Below, one piece after another: positions 19,557 through 30,419 of a stretch of 64,000 nucleotides of DNA. A program made the translations under genes and the position numbers. The DNA is from a virus. Location of the stretch: positions 1 through 64,000 of the IMG/VR virus record IMGVR_UViG_3300048672_000512; one strand, written 5' to 3'. The notes under the pieces are model-generated. The model was not told the DNA's origin. It worked only from the letters and a program-made list of their open reading frames with translations, and did not search any database. Every line of letters starts with the position of its first letter. Positions within the stretch are counted from its first letter, which is position 1.

Positions 19557-20873
19557 CGGATCTGACGGCGTTGCGCGTATAAACGGCAATCCAAGTACAG
19601 GTGAAAAATACCGTATGGTCTGCTGATGTTAATGGGTTGACTGGGCTAACTGTCACGGCAGGCACTCTTAGTCTGACAACGCTAGACGGCGAAACTGTCG
19701 TCAAGGTGCAGGGCTCCAGCAATACTGATACATACGTTGACCTTGATTTGTCGGCCACTCCTGCGCTGTTCTACGGCGGGGCAACGGCCACCGTGTGGAG
19801 CGACACATCAGTGACTGCCAATCTCGGCATGTTGGTGAGCGCTGATGGAGCTTTTGCTGCCTATACACAGGGCGGCTATGCACCAACAGCCTGGGCCGAG
19901 AACAACGCTTTAGTTTCTCGCACCGTAGAGAAATTTATGCTCCAGTTTTTTGCTGGCGGGACTGTCGCAGACGTGCAATTTAGCCCAGGATATCAGGGGA
20001 CATGGATCGCTACACCACCAACTTACCCGACCCCAGTAGTCAAGATCAGATTCAGGTTTACAAAGAAGTCAACATTTACCCCGTGCGGGTATTTACAGCG
20101 ACTGTCGCTTACATCTGGACGCAAGTCGCGTGTTTGCATCACATTCGATGACGGGTACGAGTCTGCGTTTCGGTGGCTAAAGCCAGTGCTAGACAAGTAC
20201 AACCTGAAAGGCACATGGGGAATCATTACTAATAAGACAGATACGCCCTCGTTTATGACAAGATATCAGCTCGCTACGCTGTATAACGAGGGGCACGAGC
20301 TGGTCCCGCATGGACCTTTAGGCTCTATTACTGGGGATATCGTAAATAACTACCTGGCAGATCCAGACCCAGTAGCTTCCGCTGTAGCTGATGTTCAATA
20401 CCACAGAAACAACCTCAGAGCCTGGGGTTTATTGAGAGTACAGGCAGAAAGCTGTTATATATGGCCTCGCGGAGCCCATGCAAGATATGTTGATGATCTT
20501 GCTTACGACAACGCTCTGAGGGCAATCGGCATTACACATGCGCGAAGCGCTTCTGTCACGAGATATTCATATTGCGTCCCTCAGTGGCCGAACCAACTCA
20601 TGCTACCAATCGTGGGGCACTCTCAGGGGGGTCAGTAGTGGGGCAGAGACTACGAATATAACCCTTCTAACGAATATCATAAATGATGCTGCGTTACGTG
20701 GAACAGATGTAAATCTGATGTTCCACCATGGGGTATCTCCGACTGACGTAGCATGGGGCTCAAATGGCGGACTAAACATTAGAGCGAATGATTTTGACGC
20801 AATATGTGCGGCAGTGGGCGCGAATGTTAGAGCAGGGACTCAGAGTAATGTTTTATTTGGTGATATGCGATAG
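19456..20873 (+). pseudogene. Frameshifted NodB-type polysaccharide deacetylase, tail-associated
   Basis: ITFDDG and ELVPHG motifs; ATG-19456 frame stops after ...GEKYRMVC and needs a +1 shift near 19600; G6 at 20626-20631 breaks the frame before the ...NLMFHHG C-terminus. Confidence 0.8.
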
Positions 20874-20892
20874 CATTACGTGAGAATGTAAC

Positions 20893-20980
20893 CCAAGCCT
20901 CCACCAGGAGGCTTTTCCACGCTACACTATGGCCATCATGAAAATTTCAAAACCTTTTTCACGTCGATCTAGTCTGGTGT
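20893..20980 (+). repeat. 3' cassette repeat copy 2 with terminator and decayed small-ORF remnant
   Basis: Matches 13688-13776; A5 to A4 deletion and TGG to TAG change. Confidence 0.95.
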
Positions 20981-21120
20981 AGCGTGTTCTTAGCTGTACT
21001 CCGTTCATCTTGGTTGACAGAGTGGAGACATTACAAATCACTACCAACAAAACTTCTGTTGTTCTTTGCTAGAATTTTACAACCGGGCAGATCAGCTCAG
21101 CCCGTAGCAAACTCAAAAGT

Positions 21121-21708
21121 ATGCAACTTCCTGCATTTACCTCTAACGACTACAATGGGTTTGTAAACTACCTACTATCTAACGCAGTAAAAGCAAGCGC
21201 TCTACCAACTACGATACAGGTTAGAGTGAGCACTTCGCCACTTCCCATAGGTGGAAGTTTGGTGAGTCCAGTGCTTATTGATTGCTACGTTAGTGTGCTG
21301 CCTCCAACTAGCCCTGTAGTCGGTAGCTTCTGGTTAAATGCAAACCCAAATTCTACAGGCTACGCTACGTTAAACCTGTGTGTTTACGTAGCAGCCTCTC
21401 CGCTGTGGCATCTTTGTGCTTCTGTGCACGAAGTAATGAACAGCTCGCAAGCTTTGACTGAAGCCTTAGCCTACATCAGCCAAGGCTCTGGTTCTGGTGG
21501 TGTGGAGTTTCAGTACTCGCCGCCACTAGTTGACGGTATGAGTGCGTTCACGCTACCCGTACTTCCAACCGGGCCGGTCAAGCTTCTTTTTAATGGAGTA
21601 ACGTACAGAGAAGGCTTCGACTTCACTAGGTCCGGTGTAAACATAACTTGGCTGAACTCTGTTCTTATTGAGACAACTGACTCCTTGACGTTCTCCTATC
21701 CAGTGTAG
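21121..21708 (+). CDS. Putative virion accessory protein
   Basis: C-terminal domain similar to that of 13967..14641. Confidence 0.6.
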   Translation: MQLPAFTSNDYNGFVNYLLSNAVKASALPTTIQVRVSTSPLPIGGSLVSPVLIDCYVSVLPPTSPVVGSFWLNANPNSTGYATLNLCVYVAASPLWHLCASVHEVMNSSQALTEALAYISQGSGSGGVEFQYSPPLVDGMSAFTLPVLPTGPVKLLFNGVTYREGFDFTRSGVNITWLNSVLIETTDSLTFSYPV

Positions 21709-21753
21709 TTCTTTCATTTTTAGTACAAGCTTTTAACATCTAGGTAGGAACAA

Positions 21754-22161
21754 ATGTCAGTTGACAAGGCGCCCGTCATTGAGTGGGCAGTTAAATTAGT
21801 AGGCGCTGCTGCTGGCCTTGGTGTCTCTTGGTCAGCACAACCGCAACACCTCGTAAAGAGGAACATATTATTGATATTAGGAGGTTTGATCATATCCGCA
21901 GTAGCATCATCGTTTACCATATCCTTTGCTTCAACATTCATACCAGCGGCTGCAAAGGAGTCCATAGAGGGTTACTTTGTAGCCTCAGCTCTGAATGGTC
22001 TATTCATCGTTCCGCTGATTATATTTCTAAACAACTACGCACGCAAGGGTGCTGGCATGAAGGACTCTGCTTTTACTGTTGAGAGTCCTGCAGACAAACT
22101 CAGTTCCAAAGAGGTAGCCTCCTTGAAAGACTTGATAGATAACCGGAAGAGTGAGTCATGA
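21754..22161 (+). CDS. Membrane protein (holin-like?)
   Basis: About 3 hydrophobic segments and a charged tail. Confidence 0.6.
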   Translation: MSVDKAPVIEWAVKLVGAAAGLGVSWSAQPQHLVKRNILLILGGLIISAVASSFTISFASTFIPAAAKESIEGYFVASALNGLFIVPLIIFLNNYARKGAGMKDSAFTVESPADKLSSKEVASLKDLIDNRKSES

Positions 22162-22487
22162 ATACACACCAAGATTTAGGAAATGTTTACACAGCACTAG
22201 CTGTATGGAACGCAGCCTGCGCCGTGCTAGTGTTTCTTAGTATCTTCAGTCCGTGGGTATCAACCTGGCCAAGATACATTCGCATGACCTATGCATCGAT
22301 AGCAGCTGTTCTAATCGCAGAAGCTTTGATGTACGGGTTGCGAATAGAGACGCTAACGAATCCTTGGTGGGCAATAAAAGACATTTCGCTAGGGGTAACA
22401 GGAATTCTCATAGTACGCCACATATATCTTGAAACACGAAAGATAACAGGATCAAGCAATGGACTCACTTCTAACTCGCACTTTTGA
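22158..22487 (+). CDS. Membrane protein
   Basis: About 3 hydrophobic segments; ATGA overlap. Confidence 0.65.
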   Translation: MNTHQDLGNVYTALAVWNAACAVLVFLSIFSPWVSTWPRYIRMTYASIAAVLIAEALMYGLRIETLTNPWWAIKDISLGVTGILIVRHIYLETRKITGSSNGLTSNSHF

Positions 22488-22830
22488 CTTCTTTAACATT
22501 GCTAACCTGCTGCTTGCAGCACTGCTTGTTGTCTTTATCTGGATAGGTGCACAGGCAGCAAAGAAGAACAACTTCGACTGGTCTGAAATGCTAAAAGGTG
22601 GCGACGGAAAACCGTCTGCGCTGCGTCTTGGTATTTTGGTATCCATAGCGGTTTCTTCCTGGGTTCTCGTGTACGCTGTTCTCAACAAAGCAATGGTTTC
22701 TGCTGACCTAGTCTATCTGTTCGGTATATACCTTGCAGTGTGGTCCGGCGCCAAAGTAGCAGAGAAGTTTATCGAGGGATGGGTTGCAGTACGCACAGGA
22801 AACAACAGTTCTCTACCACCAACCACTTGA
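22459..22830 (+). CDS. Membrane protein, holin-like
   Basis: 3 hydrophobic segments; KPSALRLGILVS...W...Y...W pattern. Confidence 0.55.
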   Translation: MDSLLTRTFDFFNIANLLLAALLVVFIWIGAQAAKKNNFDWSEMLKGGDGKPSALRLGILVSIAVSSWVLVYAVLNKAMVSADLVYLFGIYLAVWSGAKVAEKFIEGWVAVRTGNNSSLPPTT

Positions 22831-22848
22831 ACACACTAAGGAAATTCA

Positions 22849-23274
22849 ATGGATATTGCTTCTATCACCAGCCTGATAACTTCAGGTCTTAGCGCGCTTC
22901 CGACTCTCGGTTCGCTTTCAACCTTTTCCAAGTTCATGACTGCGGGTTTTGCCCTGACAGTGTTCCTTTCTGTCTACACGTTGTGGCTGTTTTTTCTAGC
23001 TTCAATGGTGTTGATCGCTGCTCGCAAGAAAGGAACACTGTCAAAGCCTGCACTGGTTCTTGGTATTCCTGTGATCGGTCTAGGCCTTCTCATTGACGTT
23101 TCTGTCAACGTGATGCTGACTGCCGTGTTCATGGAAGCAACGAAAGAATGGACTGTCAGTCAACGACTCAGCCGATACAAAGCAGAAGCTAGCGGCTGGC
23201 GTTACAAGATTGCAAAGTTCATCTGTGAAAACTTCCTGGACACATTTGATCCGAGCGGTTGTCACTGCAAGTAA
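22849..23274 (+). CDS. Membrane protein of a conserved phage family
   Basis: 2 hydrophobic segments then EWTVSQRLSRY...WRY...C..LD.FDPSG.HC. Confidence 0.65.
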   Translation: MDIASITSLITSGLSALPTLGSLSTFSKFMTAGFALTVFLSVYTLWLFFLASMVLIAARKKGTLSKPALVLGIPVIGLGLLIDVSVNVMLTAVFMEATKEWTVSQRLSRYKAEASGWRYKIAKFICENFLDTFDPSGCHCK

Positions 23275-23354
23275 GACGAGGTTGAATAAACAGGCGATGC
23301 GAGTGTTCAGCTTGTATCGCCTTTTTCATTTGAAACACAGTAAAGGATTACATC

Positions 23355-24842
23355 GTGGCAACCACTGCAGTATTTGTAAAGAGCCTGTCTCAGGATCTTG
23401 CACCTACGCTTGATCTGACTGCGTCTCTTGCTTTGGGAGAAACCATAGTTTCGGTAAGCGTAGCTACCGTGACACCGGTAACGTCTCCTGCTATAGTAAT
23501 AGACGCGGTTCCTACTACTGACGGACTTGGCGTTCTGCTGACATTTCAAGCCGGCAACGCTAACACTTCTTACGGAGCAGTGCTAACGCTGTTCACGTCA
23601 ACTCCCCGAGCGATATCACAACCAATTGCAGTTTATGTAGCTCAGGACTTGCTGTCACCGTACGACACATCAGACCCTTACAGCTTTCGTACAACGGTTG
23701 ACGAGGTACCTGCTGGCGAGTCGGTAGTTGGAAAGGGAATCTTCTTTCTTGCAGCGGATGCTGATGCTTCTCAGGGCTACGTAACGTGGACTCTGCTGGG
23801 TGACGGAGGTGTCACCTTTGCTACTGGAAACGGTTTTGATTATCGAATCCTTCCATCGAATTTCTTTACGCAGATTGAAGCTCAGTCAGTTATTCACGTT
23901 CCGAGTGACGTCCCGTCAACTCTGGACGGAAACAGCTATCAGCTGCGATGGGAGCTGCACCTTCCGGGAACGCCAGACCAGTATTCATTTGAGTCCATTC
24001 GCGTATCCTCCAAGGAAGGATCTGTACCTACAGGTCCAAGTGACGCACTTGAACTAGCCGGTGATCCTATCAGTCTGTCAATTGTCACCACAAAGCTGTA
24101 TGACAATGTTGGGTTTGAAATCTTTCTTGGCAACGTGAAGGAAGTCAACTACACGCCTGTAGCTAACCCAGTCAAAGTTTCTAGTGGTTGGCTATATCAG
24201 ATATCGATTCAGACCAGTCCACTTACAGCTAGTCTTGAAGCCTACACAGTAGTGTGGAAGTATTGGAACAACCTAGCTACCGGAACAGTGTTTCGTGAAA
24301 CCTCGTCCTTGTTTCTGTTCTCGGCATCTCTTCTGCAGGCTATCGATGACGTGAAGCGCCGAGTTTCAAAAGCACGCACCACGCTGACCGGCTTCTCTGA
24401 CATGATCTTTGAGTCTTCGGATATCGCTGCTTACTTGAGGCGCGGACGTGACTACTTCAACGCAGCTGGTGGTCTTGTCACAAACTTCAACATGTCAAAC
24501 GCGACGGGCGCTATTCGTGAATACTGGCTTCAGTACACCGAAGTAGCTCTTCTTGAAGCTCAGTCCCTTGCTGAAGGAGAAAAGGCTTTTGACTTTCAGG
24601 GTCAGGCTATAAGTCTGAATACAGAACAGCGCGCGCAAGCTTATCAGTCTGCGGCTGATCAACTTTCTGGAAGGCTCAACAACGATGTGCGACCACTTAA
24701 GTCAAACCTTCAAATGCGAGGTTGCACTGAAGGCGACGGTGACGTCAACAGTATCTCTGGAAATCGGCCAAGAGTCGGCATCACTATAAGTCAACTGTCG
24801 CAGTTCGGACGTTGGGGCACCAGTCGCTTCTACGGATTCTGA
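23355..24842 (+). CDS. Putative virion structural protein (possible head-tail adaptor domain at the C-terminus)
   Basis: 495 aa with GTG start; beta-rich N-terminus and helical C-terminus with AFDFQGQAISLN (function is inference). Confidence 0.55.
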   Translation: MATTAVFVKSLSQDLAPTLDLTASLALGETIVSVSVATVTPVTSPAIVIDAVPTTDGLGVLLTFQAGNANTSYGAVLTLFTSTPRAISQPIAVYVAQDLLSPYDTSDPYSFRTTVDEVPAGESVVGKGIFFLAADADASQGYVTWTLLGDGGVTFATGNGFDYRILPSNFFTQIEAQSVIHVPSDVPSTLDGNSYQLRWELHLPGTPDQYSFESIRVSSKEGSVPTGPSDALELAGDPISLSIVTTKLYDNVGFEIFLGNVKEVNYTPVANPVKVSSGWLYQISIQTSPLTASLEAYTVVWKYWNNLATGTVFRETSSLFLFSASLLQAIDDVKRRVSKARTTLTGFSDMIFESSDIAAYLRRGRDYFNAAGGLVTNFNMSNATGAIREYWLQYTEVALLEAQSLAEGEKAFDFQGQAISLNTEQRAQAYQSAADQLSGRLNNDVRPLKSNLQMRGCTEGDGDVNSISGNRPRVGITISQLSQFGRWGTSRFYGF

Positions 24843-24862
24843 CCTTACTAGGTAGAGTGTAA

Positions 24863-25570
24863 ATGGCAGTAAAAACCTTCACTGGTACTGGACTTGCAAG
24901 CGACACTGCTTTGTGGTCTGATACAAGCCTACCTGTTTCTGGAGATAGTGTTGTAATATCTTCTGGCTCTACCTGTACGCTAGACGGAGACTACATATGG
25001 GGCGATGGAAGTCTATCCACAGTAGAAGCCGAAAACGCGGTGGTTGTATATGGTTCTCTTGTTGGAAGCACCACAACTCCGTGGAGCCTGAAGTGCATAG
25101 GCGCTCTCAGAACTGCAGCTGGTGGCGTTACCAACTTTGACCAAACAGGAACCGGAAACACAGGAACGCTGATACTTACAGTCGGTGCATCCATAGACTT
25201 CAACACTTCAGGGACAAGTCACAGCGGTTATATAAACTACAGCGCGCTGTCAAGTGCAGTAGTTTCTGCTCTAGGTTCGGTGCCAGCAGACGTGTGGGCT
25301 TACAGCTCAAGAACCCTAACCACTGGTACAGACCTGACTCCGGTTCTTACTGCAATAGGTTCACTGCCTGCTGACGTGTGGGCAAACACGGAAAGAACGC
25401 TAACTACTGGCACGGATCTGACGCCGGTACTGACAGCTATCGACGCCCTGCCTACAACAGATGAGACAACGCAGTTGATTCAAACAAGCAACTACATAAA
25501 TAACGCTAGCAACACAGGTAGCGGAACAACCGTGCAGACAACTTCTCCTTTCACCACCGTTCGTAATTGA
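24863..25570 (+). CDS. Hypothetical Thr/Ser/Gly-rich protein with a short internal duplication
   Basis: PADVWA...RTLTTGTDLTPVLTAI occurs twice. Confidence 0.7.
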   Translation: MAVKTFTGTGLASDTALWSDTSLPVSGDSVVISSGSTCTLDGDYIWGDGSLSTVEAENAVVVYGSLVGSTTTPWSLKCIGALRTAAGGVTNFDQTGTGNTGTLILTVGASIDFNTSGTSHSGYINYSALSSAVVSALGSVPADVWAYSSRTLTTGTDLTPVLTAIGSLPADVWANTERTLTTGTDLTPVLTAIDALPTTDETTQLIQTSNYINNASNTGSGTTVQTTSPFTTVRN

Positions 25571-25583
25571 AACTGTGAATGCT
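25568..25583 (+). promoter_or_regulatory. Conserved intergenic motif TGA(A/C)ACTGTGAATGCT, copy 1
   Basis: Near-identical copies at 40930 and 52549, each upstream of an operon. Confidence 0.65.
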
Positions 25584-25630
25584 ACTGTGAACAACAAGCA
25601 GTGCTTTCTTAAACCAACACAGCCAAAGCA

Positions 25631-28600
25631 ATGACATCAGACATCAATCTCAATCTGGAGCCGCAACAAGTTACCACTGACGTGCTTCTGGAGAAGTACG
25701 CAAAGAATAACGAGAAAACGGAAGATGATATCTTCCGTCGCGTTGCAAAAGGTCTAGCTGCAGTAGAAAAAACAAGCAAGCTGCGCAAGAAGTGGGAGAA
25801 AATCTTCTATGAAAACATGAAGCGCGGCGCTATCGGTGCTGGTCGCATCATGGCAGCTGCTGGTTCTGACGTTAAGGCTACGCTAGCTAACTGTTTTGTG
25901 GAACCTGTAGGAGACTGCATTCAAGGCTTTGATGAAGATGGTCTTCCTGGTATCTACACCGCTCTTACTGAAGCTGCAGAAACCATGCGGCGCGGTGGTG
26001 GTGTCGGCTACGACTTTTCTGCTATTCGTCCGAAGAATGCCTATGTGAACAGTACGCAGTCAATGGCCTCTGGTCCATGCTCGTACATGAATGTTTTTGA
26101 TACAAGCTGTCTCACAGTGGAAAGTGCTGGTTGCTTTGCAGCTGACACCCTCATCAATACAACTGACGGGCTGATTTCCGTCAAAGAGATAGTAGAAGAC
26201 GATACTAAGGACTACTTTGCTGTTACGCATTTAGGTCCGAAGCGTATTACCGCAAAATTCTATAATGGCATCAAAGAAGTCTGGAAAATAGAGACGGCAC
26301 TCGGTTTTGTAAACAAGCTAACCATCAATCACAAGATGGCTCGTTTTAACCGGGGAACCATCTGCGTTACGCCATTAAAGCAGATACTAAGCAATGACAA
26401 CAAGTCTATTCTGCTGTCAGTTCCTAGCGTAGGTGCCCTTGAACCTACCTGGTCCCGCGAAGAGCAAGAAGCTTATCTGATCGGTGCGTTCCAAGGTAAC
26501 GGCAGCTGGGTTTACTATACTGACGAGGACGGCTATCGTAACGTAAAGGGAATAAAAATTGCAAACAATACCACTAAAAGCTCAGTGGTAGATAAGCTGC
26601 TTTCGTGTGCTCATAGCCTGGGGCTGAAAGCCAGAAGTAAAAAAGTCACAGGCGAAAACACTTTAGTAGTGTCAATATATGACACTGCGTACTTTAACGG
26701 AGAGTGGTACGACCGGGGTGTTAACAAGGGCGCTGACATGGCGGTACCAGACTTCATAATGGGGTCATCGTTAAATGTACGGGCAGCCTACGTTGCTGGC
26801 TACATGGAGGCCGACGGCTACCTAGACGAAACAAAGAGCTACGTAAAAGCCACGTCTGTTACCAAAGAACTGTTAATTGGCATTCAGAAAATTCTAGCCA
26901 GTCTGGGCGTAGTTTCTAAGCTAGCTGTTGACAGAAAAGCAGAAAAAACCTGGAAAGCACTGTGGAGGCTATGCGTACTCGGTCCGGTTCCGCAAACACG
27001 TTATAACGAAACTGTCGGTGCCTTCTCAATAAATAGGCTACAAAACTTGTCATCCCGAGACCGCAGCGGTATTGGACACCCGGCTACGGACGTACTAGCC
27101 TTTGGCTACAGTAAGTCGAGGTTCTCTAAGTTCTGGTCTGGAGACATTTCACGCTATCCTAGGATTTCGTTTAACGCAATTATAAACAGTGACTGTGCTC
27201 CAGAACTAACGCAAACAATAACCGATGAGATTGTTTGCTGCGAATTGCTAGGCAAGCAACCAACATTTGACTTAGAAGTTGAGGACGTGCACCTTCTCAG
27301 TGCCGACGGGATCTACTCCTCAAATTCGAGGCGCGGCGCACAGATGGGTGTTTTGAAGATTGAGCACCCTGACGTTGAAGAGTTCATCGAAGCTAAACGC
27401 ACCGAAGGCCGCTGGCGCAACTTCAATGTTTCTGTAGGAGTTTCCGACGCGTTCATGCAGGCCGTAAGCACTGACGCTGACTGGCAGCTGGTTCACAAGG
27501 CTAAGCCCTGCGATCGTCTGATTTCAGAAGGAGCTTTTCAGCGTACGGATGGGGTGTGGGTTTACCGAACGGTAAAGGCTATTGATCTTTGGAACAAGAT
27601 CATGAAGTCGGCTTACGACTATGCAGAGCCGGGTATTCTTTTCCTGTCTGTTATCAATAACGATAACAATCTTCGTTACGTTGAGACTATCAGCGCTACT
27701 AATCCGTGCGTTACAGCAAACACTCGGTTGCATACTCAGTACGGAATGGTTCGCATCGGCGAGTTGTACGAAAACAAGTCCAAGCTTGAAGTTACGGTAG
27801 ACGCCCGCACGTTAGACTCAAAGCAGTTCTGCGGTACTGCAACGCGCCAGTCAACTAGTGCTTTTATGACTTCGCCGCGCGCAAAGGTTTGGACGATTAT
27901 CACTGAAGCGGGTTACGAGGTTACGGCTACCGAGTGGCATAAGTTCTATACGCAGCGCGGCAAGATTGAACTGAAGGACTTGGTGGTTGGTGACGAGCTT
28001 TTCATACAGTCAGGTCTTGGGCAGTTTGGCGTTGAAGGTTCGGAAGAGGCAGGCGCTGCCGCAGGAGCATACCACTCAGAGCTTACGGTGCCGGAGTTCG
28101 TTTGGAAGGGAACTCAAGAGTGCGTAAATGGCTTTCTTGCATCCTTGTTTTTAGACGACTACTTACTAAAGTGGAACCTTAGTGCTATGCGGTGCGGTAA
28201 CGTTAGCCGTAACACAGCAAAAGACATTCAGGTGCTACTAGCAAACCTCGGACACTTCAGCTACGTAAAAGAAAACACGGATGGCACCTGCTACGTTGAG
28301 GTTGATGGAACACCTGGACCGTCTAGAAGTGGCAAGTGGTCTTCTGCTATTACTAGTATTGAATACTCTGGAGAGGAAGCAGTATATGACGTAACTCAGC
28401 CTGATCACAACTCTGTAATCTTCAATGGGCTTGTGACTGGACAGTGCGGTGAGCAGCCATTACCGGCGTATGGATGCTGTGATCTTGGTCCGATCATTCT
28501 TCCAAAGTTTGTTCGCAATCCGTTCACTGAAGCGGCTTACTTTGACTTTTCTTCTTTTCAGGAGGCTGTTGCTATTCAATGTCGCATGCTTGACAATGTG

Positions 28601-30124
28601 CTTGATGCAACGCTGTGGCCGCTTGAACAGCAGAAGACTGAAGCAGCAAACAAGCGTCGTATCGGTATCGGGTTCACCGGACTTGGCAACGCACTAGCTA
28701 TGCTTGGAGTTCGCTATGACAGTGATCAGGGGCGTGAACTTGCAGAAAGCATAGCCTTTGATATGCGCAGTGCCGCATATCTAGCTTCTGTGGAACTAGC
28801 TAAAGAAAAGGGTGCGTTCCCACTGCTTGACGTTGACAAGTACCTTGAGGAAGGAACGTTTGCATCCCGGCTTCCTGAGAGCATCAAGGCAGCTATTCGA
28901 GAGCACGGCATTCGCAACTCGCATCTTCTTTCGATTGCTCCTACAGGAACAGTTAGTCTAGCCTTTGCAGACAACGCTAGTAACGGCATCGAGCCTCCAT
29001 TCTCGCTTGCATACAATCGCAAGAAGCGTCTAGCTGACGGCGGTCATGCAATGTATGCGGTTGTGGATCATGCTCTTCGCGTGTTTGTTTCTACTGAGTG
29101 CCCAGTTGAGTTACGCACGCCACTCATGGCTGCTATCTGCGGATACCAGACCTCGTTTGACGTGAACGGCAACACATATCAAGTAAAGGACGTTCTTCCG
29201 AAATCCTTTGTCACGGCGCTTGAAATGTCGGTTGATGACCACATCAAGATGATGGAAGTTATTCAGCCCTACATAGACACCTCGCTCTCAAAAACTGTCA
29301 ACGTTCCTGAGGACTATCCCTTTGAAGACTTCAAGGACATGTATCTTAAGGCATGGAATGCAGAACTGAAAGGCCTAGCCACATATCGTCCCAACTCTAT
29401 TCTTGGATCTGTTCTTTCTGTTGCGGCAGCACCTGTAAAGGAGACGTCGCAAGTAGCAGCACAAGATGACAACCCGCTTACCAAGGCTATTGACAAGCGA
29501 CCTCTTGGCAGAATTGAAGGCGTTACAGAACGTGTAAGCTACACAACGTCAGACGGTGACAAGTCTTTCTACCTTACTGTTAACTTTGCAAGGACGTCAG
29601 GAACAGTAAACGGCAACGAAGTAGCCATTGAACGACCTATCGAGTTCTTCCTTCCGTCTGACCAACTTGGAGAAGCGCAGCAGTGGATATCCTCCAATAT
29701 GCGTAACTTGTCGCTGATTGCGCGTGCTGGTGGCCCAATCGCTAAAGCACTAGCAAACATGCGAAAGGTTGGATGGGACAAGGGTCCAGTTCGATCCGGT
29801 TGGCTTGTAAAAGACGATGGGTCGCGTGTTCCGCGCTTCCATGACTCCGAGTGCGCAGTTGTAGGTTATGCGATTCAACAGATACTCATTGATCGTGGCT
29901 TTCTGACGTCGTCAGGATTGCAGGTTTCTGTTGAGAAGCTTGCCGAATCGTTGAACGGAAAGCAGGAAGTTGCTCAACCTGTTCTTGATAAAGCAACTGC
30001 GGCTACTCCTAGCATCATGACTGGCTCTGGAAAGAAGTGCCCGGACTGTGGTGCTCACGAGTTGCGCAGGGTTGACGGATGTCAGAAATGCATGAACTGT
30101 GGTTACTTAGGTTCGTGCGGTTAA
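25631..30124 (+). CDS. nrdJ: Class II (adenosylcobalamin-dependent) ribonucleotide reductase with two inteins
   Basis: ANCFV, GGGVG, RRGAQM, NP|CGEQ, CDLG, RRIGIG, IAPTGT motifs; C-terminal TSCPD-like domain and CPDC...CMNC zinc ribbon. Confidence 0.93.
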   Translation: MTSDINLNLEPQQVTTDVLLEKYAKNNEKTEDDIFRRVAKGLAAVEKTSKLRKKWEKIFYENMKRGAIGAGRIMAAAGSDVKATLANCFVEPVGDCIQGFDEDGLPGIYTALTEAAETMRRGGGVGYDFSAIRPKNAYVNSTQSMASGPCSYMNVFDTSCLTVESAGCFAADTLINTTDGLISVKEIVEDDTKDYFAVTHLGPKRITAKFYNGIKEVWKIETALGFVNKLTINHKMARFNRGTICVTPLKQILSNDNKSILLSVPSVGALEPTWSREEQEAYLIGAFQGNGSWVYYTDEDGYRNVKGIKIANNTTKSSVVDKLLSCAHSLGLKARSKKVTGENTLVVSIYDTAYFNGEWYDRGVNKGADMAVPDFIMGSSLNVRAAYVAGYMEADGYLDETKSYVKATSVTKELLIGIQKILASLGVVSKLAVDRKAEKTWKALWRLCVLGPVPQTRYNETVGAFSINRLQNLSSRDRSGIGHPATDVLAFGYSKSRFSKFWSGDISRYPRISFNAIINSDCAPELTQTITDEIVCCELLGKQPTFDLEVEDVHLLSADGIYSSNSRRGAQMGVLKIEHPDVEEFIEAKRTEGRWRNFNVSVGVSDAFMQAVSTDADWQLVHKAKPCDRLISEGAFQRTDGVWVYRTVKAIDLWNKIMKSAYDYAEPGILFLSVINNDNNLRYVETISATNPCVTANTRLHTQYGMVRIGELYENKSKLEVTVDARTLDSKQFCGTATRQSTSAFMTSPRAKVWTIITEAGYEVTATEWHKFYTQRGKIELKDLVVGDELFIQSGLGQFGVEGSEEAGAAAGAYHSELTVPEFVWKGTQECVNGFLASLFLDDYLLKWNLSAMRCGNVSRNTAKDIQVLLANLGHFSYVKENTDGTCYVEVDGTPGPSRSGKWSSAITSIEYSGEEAVYDVTQPDHNSVIFNGLVTGQCGEQPLPAYGCCDLGPIILPKFVRNPFTEAAYFDFSSFQEAVAIQCRMLDNVLDATLWPLEQQKTEAANKRRIGIGFTGLGNALAMLGVRYDSDQGRELAESIAFDMRSAAYLASVELAKEKGAFPLLDVDKYLEEGTFASRLPESIKAAIREHGIRNSHLLSIAPTGTVSLAFADNASNGIEPPFSLAYNRKKRLADGGHAMYAVVDHALRVFVSTECPVELRTPLMAAICGYQTSFDVNGNTYQVKDVLPKSFVTALEMSVDDHIKMMEVIQPYIDTSLSKTVNVPEDYPFEDFKDMYLKAWNAELKGLATYRPNSILGSVLSVAAAPVKETSQVAAQDDNPLTKAIDKRPLGRIEGVTERVSYTTSDGDKSFYLTVNFARTSGTVNGNEVAIERPIEFFLPSDQLGEAQQWISSNMRNLSLIARAGGPIAKALANMRKVGWDKGPVRSGWLVKDDGSRVPRFHDSECAVVGYAIQQILIDRGFLTSSGLQVSVEKLAESLNGKQEVAQPVLDKATAATPSIMTGSGKKCPDCGAHELRRVDGCQKCMNCGYLGSCG
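26132..27325 (+). mobile_element. Intein 1 in NrdJ with LAGLIDADG endonuclease (398 aa)
   Basis: SAG|CFAADT...[11 protein letters not shown]|SRRGA; LIGAFQGNG and VAGYMEADG blocks. Confidence 0.92.
27707..28444 (+). mobile_element. Intein 2 in NrdJ, Gln-terminated, with a reduced endonuclease (246 aa)
   Basis: TNP|CVTANT...[13 protein letters not shown]|CGEQ; block [10 protein letters not shown]. Confidence 0.9.
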
Positions 30125-30125
30125 C

Positions 30126-30416
30126 ATGCCTGCGCATTTTTCTTCCATAAGACGAAAAAGCTATACGCGACGCCTTGGCGACGTATCGCGTATAGTTAGA
30201 GACTCTTACGGAGGAAAGTCGGGTTGGTTTGCATTGTGTGCCGAAGTGCGTGAACGTGATCGCTATTCGTGCACACGATGCAAGTTGTTTTTAGGGAAGA
30301 GCGGCGGAGAGGTGCATCACTGCATACCTCTCAGTCGTGGCGGAACTACAACAAAAGCCAACCTTACTCTACTCTGTCATACTTGCCACAAGTCTAAACA
30401 TTCACACATGAAATAG
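30126..30416 (+). CDS. HNH endonuclease
   Basis: CTRC...EVHHCIPLSRGG...NL..LCHTCH..KH. Confidence 0.85.
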   Translation: MPAHFSSIRRKSYTRRLGDVSRIVRDSYGGKSGWFALCAEVRERDRYSCTRCKLFLGKSGGEVHHCIPLSRGGTTTKANLTLLCHTCHKSKHSHMK

Positions 30417-30419
30417 CCT

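Noticed and set aside
13688-20980. CRISPR array from the repeated AAGCCTCC/GGAGGCTT hairpins
   Set aside because: The copies are kilobases apart and follow stop codons; they are terminators.
30126-30416. Small HNH beside nrdJ as a novel system
   Set aside because: Free-standing HNH genes next to RNR genes are commonplace in phages.
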